Shown: positions 62,503 to 64,000 of the stretch, one piece after another
Layout: each line of letters opens with the position of its first letter
Numbering within the stretch: the first letter of the stretch is position 1
Assembly (NCBI GenBank): GCA_965116335.1
Contig: OZ220677.1
Span: 922,846 to 986,845 of the forward strand
Direction of reading: 5' to 3'
Origin: Arenicellales bacterium
GTDB taxonomy: Bacteria; Pseudomonadota; Gammaproteobacteria; Arenicellales; Poriferihabitantaceae
Length of the DNA stretch: 64,000 bases
Notes under the pieces: model-generated
Told to the model about the DNA's origin: nothing
Database searches by the model: none
Seen by the model: only the letters and a program-made list of their open reading frames with translations
Program-made: the position numbers and the translations under genes

Positions 62503-63996
62503 CTAGTCTGCCTCTCCCGGCAAGGGGCTTTTTCGCCCCTTCATATAACTGCGGATATGAAACCCGATGACCAGAACGATCAAGGCGAAAATAATCATCG
62601 AGATCGGACGATCAATAAAATCAAGCGGTGATTTCACCCGCGCCATCGCGGAACGCAACTTGACCTCCATGATACCGCCGAGCACCATGCCCAGAATAAT
62701 CGGCACAATCGGCAGCTGCAGACGCTTCAAAATCAGTCCGAAGACACCAAATACGACCGCAATGGCACAGTCGGTGATCGAGTTTCGCAACGAGTAAACA
62801 CCGACAAATCCAAGCGTCAGAATCAGCATACCGAGGAAACGAGTCGGTATTCGGATGATCTTTAACAGACCGTTGGTGGAAAACACCAAAAATGCAAGAA
62901 TGAGAACATTGAGTACCAGCAATGCGAGGTAAAGCGCCAGCACAAAATCCATTCCTGTAGCGAACAGCTGCGGCCCTGGAATCACATTGTGGACGTAAAA
63001 AACCGACAACATCATCGCGGTCAATGCCTCCCCCGGTATACCGAGCGCCAGTAATGGAATCATGGCTGCGGCCGGCACCGCATTGTTGGCAGCCTCTGAG
63101 GCGATCAGCCCTTCTGGAGAGCCCTTGCCGAATTTCTCAGGAGTTTTCGAGGTTTTCTGCGCGTAAGTGTAGGACATGAATTGTGCAGTAAATTCGCCCA
63201 CTCCGGGAATCATCCCCATCACCACCCCGAACGAAGACGACACCGCTGCGACACGCTTGAACAAAAACAACTCCTTCAAGCCCTCGAAAAGGCCACCACT
63301 AACCTTTGCCGACTGAGGTCTCTGATCGCGTTCGGTCAGCAGCAAGAATGCCTGTGACAGCGCGAACAGACCCAGTATCACGACAATCAGGTCAACGCCC
63401 GATGCCAGCCAGGTTTGATCGAAGGTGAAGCGGCGTGTATATTTGACCGGCTCCAGTCCGATGGTACTGATAAAAATCCCGAAACAGGCCAACATTCCGG
63501 CAGAAAATACCTGCCCGCGGTGCGCCAGTACCACCAGTATCAAACCCAGTAATGCGGCCAGAAATATCTCCCGGCTGCCGAAATGGGGAGCCACCAGCGC
63601 CAGTACCTGTGCCAGCAGCATCAGGCAAACGACCGAGAATATGCCGCCGAAAAAAGAAGCCGAATAAGCCAGTGACAGGGCACGGCGCGGGTTACCATCC
63701 CTGGCTATCGGATACCCGTCGTAGGTAGTCAGCGCATTGACCGCTGTACCGGGGGTATTGATCAGAATGGCCGGGATGGCACCGCCGTACATCGACGAAC
63801 CATAAATACCGAGCAGAACGGTCAAGCCGACAATCGGTTCCATGGAAAATGTCGCCGGCAATAAAATAGCGATTGCAACAGCAGCGCCGACCCCCGGAAT
63901 CGCGCCAATGATGACTCCGCCAACCGAACCGACCAGAAGCGCTACGAGCACCTCCCAGCGAGCCAGAATCTGAATCGAGGAAATCAGCAGTTCCAT
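62503..63996 (-). CDS. tctA: tripartite tricarboxylate transporter large permease TctA family
   Basis: 497 aa polytopic. GSVGGVIIGAIPGVGAAVAIAILLP and GIPGEALTAMML motifs. Confidence 0.85.
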   Translation of the reverse strand: MELLISSIQILARWEVLVALLVGSVGGVIIGAIPGVGAAVAIAILLPATFSMEPIVGLTVLLGIYGSSMYGGAIPAILINTPGTAVNALTTYDGYPIARDGNPRRALSLAYSASFFGGIFSVVCLMLLAQVLALVAPHFGSREIFLAALLGLILVVLAHRGQVFSAGMLACFGIFISTIGLEPVKYTRRFTFDQTWLASGVDLIVVILGLFALSQAFLLLTERDQRPQSAKVSGGLFEGLKELFLFKRVAAVSSSFGVVMGMIPGVGEFTAQFMSYTYAQKTSKTPEKFGKGSPEGLIASEAANNAVPAAAMIPLLALGIPGEALTAMMLSVFYVHNVIPGPQLFATGMDFVLALYLALLVLNVLILAFLVFSTNGLLKIIRIPTRFLGMLILTLGFVGVYSLRNSITDCAIAVVFGVFGLILKRLQLPIVPIILGMVLGGIMEVKLRSAMARVKSPLDFIDRPISMIIFALIVLVIGFHIRSYMKGRKSPLPGEAD

Positions 63997-64000
63997 GACG

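Overview
This is a 64 kb chromosomal window from a fairly GC-rich proteobacterium. Gene content and synteny look gammaproteobacterial, but the taxon cannot be fixed from the sequence alone. All calls come from reading the ORF translations and the DNA by eye; no database search or statistic was run.

Backbone (ordinary housekeeping and metabolism):
- soxB-soxD-soxA sarcosine oxidase (soxA runs off the window start)
- icmF, a long acyl-CoA dehydrogenase, and a nitronate monooxygenase
- DUF4212 plus sodium:solute symporter pair
- Leptospira-type citramalate synthase cimA
- a Rhizobium-style ABC glycerol locus (SBP, glpR, two ATPases, two permeases, DUF2160, glpD, divergent glpK)
- cobB, then Ni/Co transporter-cbiD-cobK
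- tatABC, hisBHAFI, dprA-smg-topA
- small ORF-PPTase-sugar-phosphate transferase, a sulfatase, and tctA

Accessory patches:
1. 3.4-9.7 kb: a visibly AT-richer Type III-like R-M island (898-aa Mod, 990-aa Res) with two small translationally coupled upstream genes.
2. 13.3 kb: an orphan beta-class DNA methyltransferase.
3. 21.7-29.8 kb: higBA, then a cassette bracketed by a perfect 21-bp direct repeat. It carries a translationally coupled two-gene operon: a HEPN(RNQWAH)-SNF2 helicase (1206 aa) and a sacsin/MORC-like GHKL ATPase with a C-terminal HNH-like module (1047 aa). A truncated RHH regulator gene lies divergent to it, followed by a small TM/coiled-coil gene. This operon is the best candidate for an uncharacterised defence-type system.
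4. 39.9-44.5 kb: a rearranged patch with paralogous small TM/coiled-coil genes (shared promoter and 5' leader, in-frame 21/33-nt repeats), a DUF1640 gene, an rve-type IS, two tandem secreted MORN-repeat proteins, one intact RHH gene and one decayed copy.
5. 46.0-46.4 kb: parD plus a 20-codon parE stump, flanked by a 16-bp direct repeat and wedged into the cobalamin cluster.

No rRNA, tRNA, CRISPR array or integrase was seen.
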